Sequence record: MT496971.1
Reading direction: 5' to 3' (one strand)
Length of the DNA stretch: 45,359 bases
From: Escherichia phage Mt1B1_P10
In this document: one piece after another, positions 35,754 to 44,547 of the stretch
Numbering within the stretch: the first letter of the stretch is position 1
Layout: the number at the start of each line of letters is the position of its first letter
The notes under the pieces: generated by a model
Seen by the model: only the letters and a program-made list of their open reading frames with translations
Told to the model about the DNA's origin: nothing
The model's database searches: none
Position numbers and translations under genes: made by a program

Positions 35754-36476
35754 TTAGATATTCACGTATGTTTCTTCAGTAACGATAGGTAGATACAGTA
35801 ATTCTTCACCATTTAAGATGTGAAGACCTTTCAACCCTTGCTTACGAATAATACCTTCTATAGTGTCGGCAAAATGCTTATTAATTACACGTCGTTGCGT
35901 ACCTTGTTCTGTGATTGCATGGTCAACATCCATGATTCGCACAGGTACATTTGGATGCATCATGGCTTCTCCAATCTTTACCATAGCTTGTCCTGTGGAT
36001 TTACCCAATGCACGAGTATTAAACTGTGTAACACCTAATGCAGTGCCACATTGCTTAATCATCTCACTTTGAGTCTTACCAGTGATTACATTGCGGCGCT
36101 CTTTCTTAAGTGTGGTACGTCGTCCATTTGAGCGCTCAAACTGCAATGTCTTCCAAGCTGCTTCTGCAATGGTCTTGTGACCAGCACCATACATAGAGCC
36201 ATAGCGTTGAGCAAAGGTAAAGGCTTTAATTGCCTGACGTTTGCACTTATCGCAAACCTCATCATGTATGCACTTACATTGATTGTTTACCTCTACAATC
36301 TTTTCAAGATATTTATGTGCTGTCTTCTTGTGGTAATACTGCTTAACACCACTGTGATATTCTACATAATACAGGTTCTCACCTACAAAGGTTACAACAC
36401 CACGGCAAAGATAGCGACTTGAATCTTTCTTGATGTTGCGTACAAAGTCACCTACATTCAACACTAAGTTATACAT
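35754..36476 (-). CDS. Hypothetical protein with Cys cluster, 240 aa
   Basis: Start moved to ATG at 36476 (SD GGAGA) downstream of a promoter and hairpin; CKCIHDEVCDKCK cluster; no recognisable catalytic motif. Confidence 0.55.
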   Translation of the reverse strand: MYNLVLNVGDFVRNIKKDSSRYLCRGVVTFVGENLYYVEYHSGVKQYYHKKTAHKYLEKIVEVNNQCKCIHDEVCDKCKRQAIKAFTFAQRYGSMYGAGHKTIAEAAWKTLQFERSNGRRTTLKKERRNVITGKTQSEMIKQCGTALGVTQFNTRALGKSTGQAMVKIGEAMMHPNVPVRIMDVDHAITEQGTQRRVINKHFADTIEGIIRKQGLKGLHILNGEELLYLPIVTEETYVNI

Positions 36477-36515
36477 AATCAATCTCCAGTTATTTAATGT
36501 ACTTAATAAGAGCCT

Positions 36516-36531
36516 GTCTCACACGTGAGAC
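36516..36531 (-). promoter_or_regulatory. Conserved 16-bp palindrome GTCTCAC-RY-GTGAGAC (copy 4)
   Basis: gtctcacacgtgagac just after the primase stop, in the 5' leader of the next gene. Confidence 0.55.
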
Positions 36532-36552
36532 AAGCCCTGATAAATACACTAA

Positions 36553-38538
36553 TCAGAACTCACTTTCTTCATCGAAGTTAGTCTCTTCTATAGTGTCCGG
36601 TAAATCAGGCACCTCTTGCTGCCTTGCTTCACCTGTATCAAATGACTTAGTACGGGCTTGTGGTTCCATCAAACGTCCGGTCTGAATGTCACCTTTAAGC
36701 ATGACCTTGGTTCCAGTCCAGATACCTTGGTCGCGGTCTTTGACACATGAGATGTACGTGGTAGTCCTTTCGTCAAGCGTTTCAGCTCTTGTATTACGCT
36801 CAATCCCCAAGGCGTAAGATGCCCAGAATCCGATAGCGCCTGAGCCTCGGAAGTCAGAAAGGATAACTTCGCCACCTTCTTCGTGTTGGGTACGGTTTGC
36901 CGGAGGACGTGTAAGGTGTGATACAAGGAATATAGTAACCGGGTGTCGGTCTTTGATAGTACCAATCCGCTTGACGCATTCATCAAGTGCACCAACCTTC
37001 CCACCAAAAGCACGCTCATCTAATTTAATCCCCGTTAAGTTATCAATGATGATATTAGAAATGCCCATAGCCTCAAACTCTAGGCAAGTTTGCTCTACCT
37101 TTTCCATCGAATAGTCACCCTCTAGGTCAGCCACAAACAGCTTACCTGTATCAGCTACATAATCAATGGCGGCGTTAGCTTCTTCCTCGGTGTAGTCGAA
37201 CACCTCACGGTATCCATCTTCTTTCGGGTCGTTGGTTGGCGGTAACTCAATACGCTTATCAATCCACTTGCCGATAAAAGCACGGGACACCTTGACCATC
37301 GGGTCTTCTGTAGAAATGATGCCTACAGATTCACCGTGTTCTTCAATGAGGTGCTTAACTACTTCACGAAGGAACTCAGTCTTACCTACACCAGACCCTG
37401 CACCTACAATGATAAGCTGGTTCTTACGAATACCTAGCGTTACCTTGTTCAGCTTAGGCCAAGGCCATGATAGCCCTTGCTCTGGACGTGCAGCCTTGAG
37501 CTTATCCCTTTGAGATGCGATAGATTTAATCTGGCTACCAAAGACTTCATCAGATGACTTGGCATTAAACCAAGCATCAACAAACTCTTTAGCCTTGCCA
37601 GCCATCAATGCCTTGTTAGCATCTTTGCAACCAGAAGGGTATTCAAGGATATAGGATTTGCCAGGAAACAGGCGAGCCGCTTGCTGATTCTGCTTCTGCC
37701 CTACCTCATCTCCATCAAAACCCCATATAATCTTCTTAAATTGGGCGATGTGTTCACGGTTCTGTACTATCTCTTCAAGGCAAGACTCACCTTTATTGAC
37801 AGACCATACATGGTAAGGCTGGCCTTCCCACTTAGTACCCTTGGCAGAATCAAGGAGCATTTGCTGTGCTGCTAGTGCATCCAGTTCGCCGCCCACAATA
37901 AGCAAGCAATCCTTTCGTCTTCCCTTGTCTAACACGTGAGACAAAGTATTCATACCGAAAAGATCTTGCATACCAAAGAGTTTACCTAAATGACCAAACT
38001 TAAAGTCTTTAGGTAATGTGCGACACTTAGCGCCTACTAGCTCACCTTTCTCGAATCGTGGATAGTAATGCCGTGAGACTCTACCATCTTCATCGTGTCC
38101 GACACGTACATCGTACAATGCGCAAATGTCGCCGCGAATGTGTCGGGAAACAAGATTCTTACGCTTAAGCGTGAGGAACCATTCAACATCAAGTTTCCAC
38201 TCTGTTTCTTGGTCTGTCCTTTCTTGCTCATTCATGACCTCCCAACGGTCTTTCATACGCATGGCACCTAATGCCAATGCGCGGTCTTCTGTTGTCTTAA
38301 TCTTCCCTTCTTTAATGAGGTCTTGGAACTGACTAACAGTCCACTTAGTTGCCCCAAGAGGTAGGTCTAGAATATTAGAAGACTCTCCAGCTTTCTCATA
38401 ATAAGGCTTACCATTACTATGAAAATGTGCACGGTTGCAATATTTACCGCCGTCATCAAACCAGATTAAATGATTTTGGCTACGATCGTGACCATTGCGA
38501 GCACATTCGGGGCACACAGAATTATTTATAATAGCCAT
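36553..38538 (-). CDS. DNA primase/helicase (T7 gp4-like), 661 aa
   Basis: N-terminal zinc ribbon CPECARNGHD...CNRAH; Walker A GAGSGVGKT; acidic C-terminus ending ...NFDEESEF. Confidence 0.9.
   Translation of the reverse strand: MAIINNSVCPECARNGHDRSQNHLIWFDDGGKYCNRAHFHSNGKPYYEKAGESSNILDLPLGATKWTVSQFQDLIKEGKIKTTEDRALALGAMRMKDRWEVMNEQERTDQETEWKLDVEWFLTLKRKNLVSRHIRGDICALYDVRVGHDEDGRVSRHYYPRFEKGELVGAKCRTLPKDFKFGHLGKLFGMQDLFGMNTLSHVLDKGRRKDCLLIVGGELDALAAQQMLLDSAKGTKWEGQPYHVWSVNKGESCLEEIVQNREHIAQFKKIIWGFDGDEVGQKQNQQAARLFPGKSYILEYPSGCKDANKALMAGKAKEFVDAWFNAKSSDEVFGSQIKSIASQRDKLKAARPEQGLSWPWPKLNKVTLGIRKNQLIIVGAGSGVGKTEFLREVVKHLIEEHGESVGIISTEDPMVKVSRAFIGKWIDKRIELPPTNDPKEDGYREVFDYTEEEANAAIDYVADTGKLFVADLEGDYSMEKVEQTCLEFEAMGISNIIIDNLTGIKLDERAFGGKVGALDECVKRIGTIKDRHPVTIFLVSHLTRPPANRTQHEEGGEVILSDFRGSGAIGFWASYALGIERNTRAETLDERTTTYISCVKDRDQGIWTGTKVMLKGDIQTGRLMEPQARTKSFDTGEARQQEVPDLPDTIEETNFDEESEF
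36588..36605 (-). promoter_or_regulatory. Phage RNAP promoter (within primase 3' end)
   Basis: Minus-strand ATTTACCGGACACTATAGAAGAGAC. Confidence 0.7.
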
Positions 38539-38539
38539 G

Positions 38540-38896
38540 TTATTTCCTTAGTAAACAGCCGTGATAAGTATTGTATGCAACTGACACCCACTCTAGGTTA
38601 TCCGCATTGTTGTTCAACTTGTTACCATCTTTATGATTTACAATATCAAAACTGGTAAGATTAGGGACGAAAGCAAGTGCAACCAATCGGTGTACTTTCT
38701 CAGTTCTAGGCGGGAAGTAGCTAAAGTCACCATGCTTTCTCATAGACAGACGAAGATAGCCATCTTTATCTGGGCTTCCCTTCATAATTTTAGGTGTCTT
38801 ACGCTTATGCTTGCCCCAATAGGCATTTGCCACTCTGCCCTTGTTAGATACTAGATATTTACCATCATAGCCTTTTACTGGTTTCCATATTTCCAT
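38540..38896 (-). CDS. HNH homing endonuclease (NUMOD4-like plus HNH), 118 aa
   Basis: WKPVKGYDGKYLVSNKGRV, HRLVALAF and VNHKDGNKLNNNADNLEW motifs; paralog of the HNH at 8239-8682. Confidence 0.8.
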   Translation of the reverse strand: MEIWKPVKGYDGKYLVSNKGRVANAYWGKHKRKTPKIMKGSPDKDGYLRLSMRKHGDFSYFPPRTEKVHRLVALAFVPNLTSFDIVNHKDGNKLNNNADNLEWVSVAYNTYHGCLLRK

Positions 38897-38899
38897 AAC

Positions 38900-39028
38900 T
38901 TAGAACTCCAACGCAGCGCGTTTAGATGCACGGTCACGGATAGGTTTATTCAGCTTCTTGCCTTTCTTCTGCCCTTCTTCCATGTCAAAACGGTTAGCTT
39001 TACGGGTCATCTTCTCAAAGTTACGCAT
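38900..39028 (-). CDS. T7 gp1.1-like small basic protein, 42 aa (below track cutoff)
   Basis: ATG at 39028 with SD GGAGA; MRNFEKMTRKANRFDMEEGQKKGKKLNKPIRDRASKRAALEF, strongly reminiscent of T7 gene 1.1 (MRNFEKMT...) as recalled. Confidence 0.55.
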   Translation of the reverse strand: MRNFEKMTRKANRFDMEEGQKKGKKLNKPIRDRASKRAALEF

Positions 39029-39058
39029 GGTTAAATCTCCAAAGTGAGTTAGTCTTAT

Positions 39059-39076
39059 CTATACTGTCCGGTAAAT
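39059..39076 (-). promoter_or_regulatory. Phage RNAP promoter (variant with G at -5)
   Basis: Minus-strand ATTTACCGGACAGTATAGATAAGAC, 31 nt upstream of the gp1.1-like ORF. Confidence 0.5.
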
Positions 39077-39081
39077 ACGAA

Positions 39082-39097
39082 GTCTCACATGTGAGAC
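39082..39097 (-). promoter_or_regulatory. Conserved 16-bp palindrome GTCTCAC-RY-GTGAGAC (copy 5)
   Basis: gtctcacatgtgagac immediately upstream of the promoter at 39059-39076. Confidence 0.55.
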
Positions 39098-39244
39098 AGC
39101 TTAGGTCTGCCCTTCCTCTAAATAGTAATAAGAGGAAGGAAGGAGGTAATAGGTACCCCTAGATAACTTATATAACCTTTAATACCTATTACTTCCTTTT
39201 ATATCCTTTTATCTTCCCCTTCTTTCCCGTCTCCGACGGCTATC

Positions 39245-39262
39245 CTATAGTGTCCGGTAAAT
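39245..39262 (-). promoter_or_regulatory. Phage RNAP promoter
   Basis: Minus-strand ATTTACCGGACACTATAGGATAG; the following ~150 nt have no ORF and end at palindrome copy 5. Confidence 0.65.
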
Positions 39263-39264
39263 AA

Positions 39265-39280
39265 GTCTCACATGTGAGAC
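39265..39280 (-). promoter_or_regulatory. Conserved 16-bp palindrome GTCTCAC-RY-GTGAGAC (copy 6)
   Basis: gtctcacatgtgagac between the RNAP gene end and the promoter at 39245. Confidence 0.55.
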
Positions 39281-39354
39281 ACGTTTATGTTAATGGAATG
39301 TTACATGTAGTAGGTAAAAGAAAAGGCCACTCCCGAAGGAATGGCCTATTAATA

Positions 39355-41982
39355 TTATGCGAAGCAATAGTCAGATACTAAGATTTCGTTAAGGTCAAAC
39401 TCTCCTTGCTCTGGCACTTGGATTCCGGTGTCTACTAACCAGCGCTCTTCATGCTCATCTAACAGGCTTTGCAGAGCGTTACGGCCTTGATACATCTTCA
39501 CCATTTCTGCCCTTAGACTATCACGTAGGTCTGCGGTGCGGCCTGCATGAGTACCGAAAGAGTCATGGATAACTGCAATGGAGGTAATACCTTTATCCAC
39601 TAGGTCGCACACCGTTAGAATCAGGTGGCTAGCATCATGGCCGTGCACGAAGTTAGGAGCAGCAGCGCCCATCATAGCCGTTTCATCCACTACGTCCGTT
39701 TCAATCTGTAGACTCATCTTGATTTCTCCCATCAGGCAAGTGGATACGCGGAGCATATCAGTAGCCATAATCTTTTGTTGCAGAATGAAGCCTGTGGGCA
39801 AGGTATACTCTAAGCCTTCATTTCTTTTAGCTGCGAAACGGGCAAGTTGACGAATCATTTTCATTGCCACTATAGGAGCTTTAACCACTTCCGAAATAGA
39901 AGGCCAGATTAAAGCTGTCATATAGTTATAAGCTGCGCTAGGTGTCAGGCTGTCTTTGCGGTCATTATCAAAAGGATGTACAGGATTGGCGGTACGCCCT
40001 TCCGCAATAGCCCGTTGGGCCTCTTTTTCTTCCAAATCAACGATATAATCAATCACTGACTCACGGCAGGTTAGACGTGTGCTGCCGTAAGGTAGTGTCA
40101 TTACGGGCTTTTTGGTCAGGCCGCGAGTGATTCCTATCATATCCCACGCACTAGCCATGCTACGCAGTTCCGCACCTGTTAAAGTCACGCTGCCAGAAGT
40201 GAAGGTTTCCGCATCCTCTGCATTCATGTATGCATAATTCTTCTGAATTACTACCTGCGCAACGGCACCATAAATATCTTGAGGGGAGTCAGAGGGCTTA
40301 AGGTTTACCGCTTTCGCACCTACTGCATCGCGTAGCATAGCACTGTAGTGCTGGATACCAGAACAACTACCATCTTGATGGACGGGGAGGTGCGTCATGA
40401 ATTGGTCTTGCGTGCCTTCATCCAGTGCATCCAGATAACGCGCATATTCAAAGCACCAAGCAAGGAAGCCGTAAGGGGAGTCGGCATTTACCCATTGAGT
40501 GAAAGTAAGCGGATCCGCTGCAATGTCGCGGCACATGTCTTGAAATTCACTATCCAGCACGTTAGCGGTGCGCACGTCAAAAGTCTTCTTATCCCAACCC
40601 CAGTTATTAGCCCCGTTCACCAAAAACCATTTAAGCGCCTCAGCGCTATCAAGGCGCTGCCCTTCGGTAAAACGGAGCAATGCCTTGCCTAAGTCGTTTG
40701 ATTGCGGAGAGAGCGTGCTAGATTGCGCGTAGACGCGGCTGCGGCTGTCCAGTGCATACACGAAGTAGATGGCGTCAAACTGGCTGTATTTACGTGCCTG
40801 CCCGACCATGCGGACGGTCGCCGCCGATTTGCTGCCGCGCTTAGTTTCAGCGGTATACAGCTTGGTACATTCGCCTTTCCAGTTGATGAAGGCTTGCCAT
40901 TGTTCCGGCGTTAGCATCTCTTTAAGTTCACGGCCTCGCAGGTGCTGGAACTCTAACGGCACTGGATTAGCTGGCTTGTTCTCACGGTCGATGAGCGGTT
41001 TAAAGGAAGGCACACCATAGCCGAGGTCTAGACGTATAACGTCCTCCACAACCTGTAAAACCTCTTTATTAACCTGCCACTTAGTTGCCTGCAAAGCGTT
41101 AACAGCCTTATAAACGGCTGGCATTTGCTTTTTGGTCAGCTTGCGGACGTGCTCACGATTGCCTTTTACCAGACGAATACGGCTTGCTACTTTCTCAGTA
41201 TGAAACCCACCGTTAAAAGGTGATACCCAAGGGCGGGGAGGTATAACGCAAGGTGCATAGGCAGGGCTGAGCTGCGCTACATGTTCCTTAAATGCAGTTA
41301 TCCACTCTCCAACATGTTCACTGGTCTGTAAATAGTAAACACCATGCTTTCCGCCGTTAGTGCGCAAGGTACGAAGGAAGACAGGTTGACCATTGAAGAA
41401 TACACTATTCTCCAATATTTCGAGCAAGGTCATACCGATTTGCAGCAAGGTGTCTTTAGGCCATGCCTCCCAACGGGAGAAATCCGCGTCACGGTCAGCA
41501 ACAGATTTCTCAGCTACTACCGCTACGTTGTGCGCATGACGATAAGATTTAGTCTTGCTAGCCTTAAGTGACTTCTTCACTTTCTCAAAGTACTTAGCTG
41601 CGTGACCTTCCAGCTTGCTAAAACGTACTTGGTCTTCGATGCGGTCCGCTACATTCATAGCGATTGCTTGTAAGGTAACGTCTGTATTCAGCATATCCAT
41701 AACGATTTTCATGGTGATATATGCTGCCACTTCGTTTCCTACGCAGTTAATGAAAGCTAATGCACGTGGTGCACGACCTCTCTTGCCTTCGTATTCTTCC
41801 TTGTAAGCCTGAATACCTTCCGCCATAGGTGCGATTAGTTCGGACAATAAGCGGCGATTCCATGCCGTGTCTGATTCATTACCGGATGCAATCTGGCGTT
41901 GTTGGTCCGCTTCAAAGCGACGGATGCCGCCGTTAAACATTTCTTCTTCAAGTTGAAGTTGAATAGCGTGTAGGTCTTGCAT
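39355..41982 (-). CDS. Single-subunit DNA-directed RNA polymerase (SP6-type), 875 aa
   Basis: N-terminus [32 protein letters not shown] matches SP6 RNAP as recalled; catalytic motifs [16 protein letters not shown] and [11 protein letters not shown]; ATG with SD AGGAG. Confidence 0.95.
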   Translation of the reverse strand: MQDLHAIQLQLEEEMFNGGIRRFEADQQRQIASGNESDTAWNRRLLSELIAPMAEGIQAYKEEYEGKRGRAPRALAFINCVGNEVAAYITMKIVMDMLNTDVTLQAIAMNVADRIEDQVRFSKLEGHAAKYFEKVKKSLKASKTKSYRHAHNVAVVAEKSVADRDADFSRWEAWPKDTLLQIGMTLLEILENSVFFNGQPVFLRTLRTNGGKHGVYYLQTSEHVGEWITAFKEHVAQLSPAYAPCVIPPRPWVSPFNGGFHTEKVASRIRLVKGNREHVRKLTKKQMPAVYKAVNALQATKWQVNKEVLQVVEDVIRLDLGYGVPSFKPLIDRENKPANPVPLEFQHLRGRELKEMLTPEQWQAFINWKGECTKLYTAETKRGSKSAATVRMVGQARKYSQFDAIYFVYALDSRSRVYAQSSTLSPQSNDLGKALLRFTEGQRLDSAEALKWFLVNGANNWGWDKKTFDVRTANVLDSEFQDMCRDIAADPLTFTQWVNADSPYGFLAWCFEYARYLDALDEGTQDQFMTHLPVHQDGSCSGIQHYSAMLRDAVGAKAVNLKPSDSPQDIYGAVAQVVIQKNYAYMNAEDAETFTSGSVTLTGAELRSMASAWDMIGITRGLTKKPVMTLPYGSTRLTCRESVIDYIVDLEEKEAQRAIAEGRTANPVHPFDNDRKDSLTPSAAYNYMTALIWPSISEVVKAPIVAMKMIRQLARFAAKRNEGLEYTLPTGFILQQKIMATDMLRVSTCLMGEIKMSLQIETDVVDETAMMGAAAPNFVHGHDASHLILTVCDLVDKGITSIAVIHDSFGTHAGRTADLRDSLRAEMVKMYQGRNALQSLLDEHEERWLVDTGIQVPEQGEFDLNEILVSDYCFA

Positions 41983-42045
41983 CTTGTTTACTCCTAGTGA
42001 AAGAAACCTTAATAGGTGACACCTAAGAAGATGCCACCGATAAGG

Positions 42046-42930
42046 TTACTTAGTCAACTCTTCTACTGCCTCAGAGATTAAGGGCCATGCTTCATGGCCT
42101 TCACCGTAGCCTAGCTTAACCAGTTCGCGGCGTGCCTTGTTAACTGCTGTTTTCTTCGTTGCCTCCTCGGCGCTTAAACCTAAGCGAGCATAGAAGCAGG
42201 AAGATTTGAATTGCGGCAGCATAGGCGCGGCTGCCTTCTTGCTTTCGCGTGCGCTACTTAAGGAGGCGATGCGGTCATTAGCTGCCTGTAATTGCTCAGT
42301 CAGTGCCTTAATTTGTGCCAGCAGACCGGCAATAGCGGCATTCTCAGTATTAGCCGTGTTATCCAGCGGCGCTGACTTCGGTGCTTCCGGCTTGCTTTCC
42401 TCTTCCCACGGTGCTGATTCGTCGGCCTCCTGCTCGCTCGCGGGTGGCACTACCTGCGGCGCTTGCATTTCCTGTGATTCTGCGGCCCCCGTCGCGTTCT
42501 CCTGTGGTTTTACTGTCTCAGCCTTAGATTGTACCGTCTCAGCCTTTGTCTCTTTCTTAGGATCAATCAGGGCGTTTACGGCGTTAGTGTCCAGCTTGCC
42601 CTCTGCGGCGAGTTCTGCGGCCTTCTCCATGATTATATTTTCATCAGCGAAAGGAACAAGCGCCAGCATTACCCTCATAGCCACACCTTTAAAGCGTTCG
42701 TCTCCTTCAAAGACACGGGCTACACTCATCAGCTTGTAGCATTGTGCCTTCTTGATGCCGAACTCTGATTCTACATAAGCTAAAAAGTCTTTTTGACCTT
42801 CGAAATCACCGCGTAATTCATTCAGACAAGCGCCAACTTTGATGTAAGAAGTGCCGATATTGTCTAAGTGCTGCTTGATTTCAGCGGTTGCAGCTTCACG
42901 AACAGACAGGAGGACGTTTTCAGTAGTCAT
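42046..42930 (-). CDS. Hypothetical early protein with acidic/Pro-rich low-complexity linker, 294 aa
   Basis: Start moved to ATG at 42930 (SD AAGGTGA); track start is GTG; no recognisable catalytic motifs. Confidence 0.6.
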   Translation of the reverse strand: MTTENVLLSVREAATAEIKQHLDNIGTSYIKVGACLNELRGDFEGQKDFLAYVESEFGIKKAQCYKLMSVARVFEGDERFKGVAMRVMLALVPFADENIIMEKAAELAAEGKLDTNAVNALIDPKKETKAETVQSKAETVKPQENATGAAESQEMQAPQVVPPASEQEADESAPWEEESKPEAPKSAPLDNTANTENAAIAGLLAQIKALTEQLQAANDRIASLSSARESKKAAAPMLPQFKSSCFYARLGLSAEEATKKTAVNKARRELVKLGYGEGHEAWPLISEAVEELTK

Positions 42931-42993
42931 AGTAATCACCTTATATAGTGTAAGTAAATATCACATAGCCCACGTAGATAGGCTATAGGATAA

Positions 42994-43179
42994 TTACTCT
43001 CTCCAAAGGTGTTTTAATGCCTTATTGCAGTACTCATAAGTATGACTCTTACTGCATAAGGTGTATTTCTCAGCCCACTTTTGCTGAGCTTGTTCTATCT
43101 TGTAAGCGTCATAGCCAGCCTTTGCAGCAAAAGCAAGGACAAGTGAAGACAACAACAGGCATCCAATCAAGGTTTTCAT
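42994..43179 (-). CDS. Small early protein with predicted signal peptide, 61 aa
   Basis: ATG with SD AGGAG; MKTLIGCLLLSSLVLAFAAKAG hydrophobic N-terminus then a Cys-containing soluble part. Confidence 0.5.
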   Translation of the reverse strand: MKTLIGCLLLSSLVLAFAAKAGYDAYKIEQAQQKWAEKYTLCSKSHTYEYCNKALKHLWRE

Positions 43180-43247
43180 AATCTCAACTCCTAATAAATG
43201 AAAGTTTAATCAGGCGCTACCGTAGTAACGCCTTGTTAAGCCTTCTC

Positions 43248-43265
43248 TTATAGTGTCAGCTAAAT
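43248..43265 (-). promoter_or_regulatory. Phage RNAP promoter, outlier variant
   Basis: Minus-strand ATTTAGCTGACACTATAAGAGAAGG: closer to the canonical SP6 promoter (ATTTAGGTGACACTATAG) than the other copies, with A at +1. Confidence 0.5.
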
Positions 43266-43370
43266 AGTTTGTATGTAGTACCTAGCACTTCCTCACGAAT
43301 CTGCGCAAATCGTAAGGAACATTTCAGGGTTACACCGTCTGAGAAGATGAAGTTATATTGCCTTTCCATC

Positions 43371-43703
43371 TTATTTTTCCTCTTCTTCGTCTTCATACCA
43401 AACTACATCGCTGTCATTTGGTACATCATTATAAAGAGCTTCATAGATGCGAGCTTGAAGAATCATGGTTACATCCTTCGTATCAGGAATCAAACCAGCG
43501 TCTTCAAACTCAACATCAATACCATCCGCAGCCATCACAGTAAAGATTTCGCTGTAATAAACTGGAACATGACTATCTACAACCTCATGCAGTGCATCAG
43601 AGTAATCATCATCTTCACGAATCTCATCGTACTTGATGCGCTCGTTGAATGCTTCAACAGTTGCAGCCAGAAGGTTGTAGTAAGCGTTAGCGTTGCGTTC
43701 CAT
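43371..43703 (-). CDS. ocr: Ocr-like DNA-mimic anti-restriction protein (T7 gp0.3 homolog), 110 aa
   Basis: ERIKYDEIREDDD...VPVYYSEIFTVMAADGIDVEFEDAGLIPDTKDVTMILQARIYEAL parallels T7 Ocr as recalled; highly acidic, ends in EEEEK; ATG with SD GAGGA. Confidence 0.85.
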   Translation of the reverse strand: MERNANAYYNLLAATVEAFNERIKYDEIREDDDYSDALHEVVDSHVPVYYSEIFTVMAADGIDVEFEDAGLIPDTKDVTMILQARIYEALYNDVPNDSDVVWYEDEEEEK

Positions 43704-43852
43704 GATTTAATCCTCATTAGTTAGTTAGGTTACATTATAGGGCACTCAAAAGAATACCCTAGGTTTAACCTATCCAGACTAAGAAGCGACTACCCATATT
43801 GTTAAAGAGCGTGGCTTGTGCCTTGATAGGCTGGCTAGTGCCAGCAACTATC

Positions 43853-44017
43853 TTATAAGATACTATTCACAAGTTTATCTATTTTAGCATTAATTGCAAC
43901 TACTTTACTATAAAGTTTATCGTGCTTGCTCTTGTCTGTGTTAGCTTGCCAAGCGGCATAAGCAACAGCAAGTTTCTCTTGCAATGCATCATAGCGTTTA
44001 CGTTGTGCGTTAGTCAT
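43853..44017 (-). CDS. Hypothetical small early protein, 54 aa (below track cutoff)
   Basis: ATG at 44017 with SD AAAGGTGA; MTNAQRKRYDALQEKLAVAYAAWQANTDKSKHDKLYSKVVAINAKIDKLVNSIL. Confidence 0.4.
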   Translation of the reverse strand: MTNAQRKRYDALQEKLAVAYAAWQANTDKSKHDKLYSKVVAINAKIDKLVNSIL

Positions 44018-44143
44018 GATAGTTCACCTTTGTTAGTAAGCCTATCAAGGCACTAGCCAGATTGTTAAAGAGCGGGATGTTTAAAGACGTCGCCGTCTTG
44101 ATGCTTAATGTAACCTTGTATGCCGTGGTTGTCAATAGTTAAT

Positions 44144-44368
44144 TTAGAGATTTGTCGTGATTACTTCATCGTAATCGTAATCTTCACTGCCTAGATACTC
44201 AGTAATGACTTGGTTGTCATACTCAGATACTAAGGTAACTCGGTGATATTCAGTGTCGTAATCTATCAAATAGTGATACACATCAACGCCTACACCAGCT
44301 TGCATCATATCATCACGGAAGCGAATAGCTTCGCTAGCTGATTCAAAGAATACCTCATGTTGATACAT
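44144..44368 (-). CDS. Hypothetical acidic early protein, 74 aa
   Basis: ATG with SD GAGGGAGGG overlapping the upstream stop; D/E/Y-rich (...EYLGSEDYDYDEVITTNL). Confidence 0.55.
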   Translation of the reverse strand: MYQHEVFFESASEAIRFRDDMMQAGVGVDVYHYLIDYDTEYHRVTLVSEYDNQVITEYLGSEDYDYDEVITTNL

Positions 44369-44547
44369 TATTTACCCTCCCTCAACTCATCTATCATGTT
44401 ACGGTATTGATTAACTGTATCGGTCCAACCTTCGTTAAGAAAGCGGTGATACAAGGCTAACTCATCATCTGTAAGTAATTCATTGTTACGAATCATGTAG
44501 CACAACAGAGTGAAGAGAACGGACAGTTCACGGTTATTTAATGTCAT
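44368..44547 (-). CDS. Hypothetical early protein, first gene of the genome (start uncertain), about 59 aa
   Basis: ATG at 44547 has SD GAGGT; the upstream ATG at 44589 (73 aa) lacks an SD. Confidence 0.45.
   Translation of the reverse strand: MTLNNRELSVLFTLLCYMIRNNELLTDDELALYHRFLNEGWTDTVNQYRNMIDELREGK

Noticed and set aside
42206-42739. 177-aa plus-strand ORF
   Set aside because: Antisense to the 294-aa early gene; Ala/Ser-rich low complexity mirrors the acidic linker on the coding strand.
42994-43179. Lipoprotein call for the 61-aa early protein (LIGC looks like a lipobox)
   Set aside because: The Cys is at residue 7, too close to the N-terminus for a lipoprotein signal; more consistent with an ordinary signal peptide cleaved near AFA-AKA.
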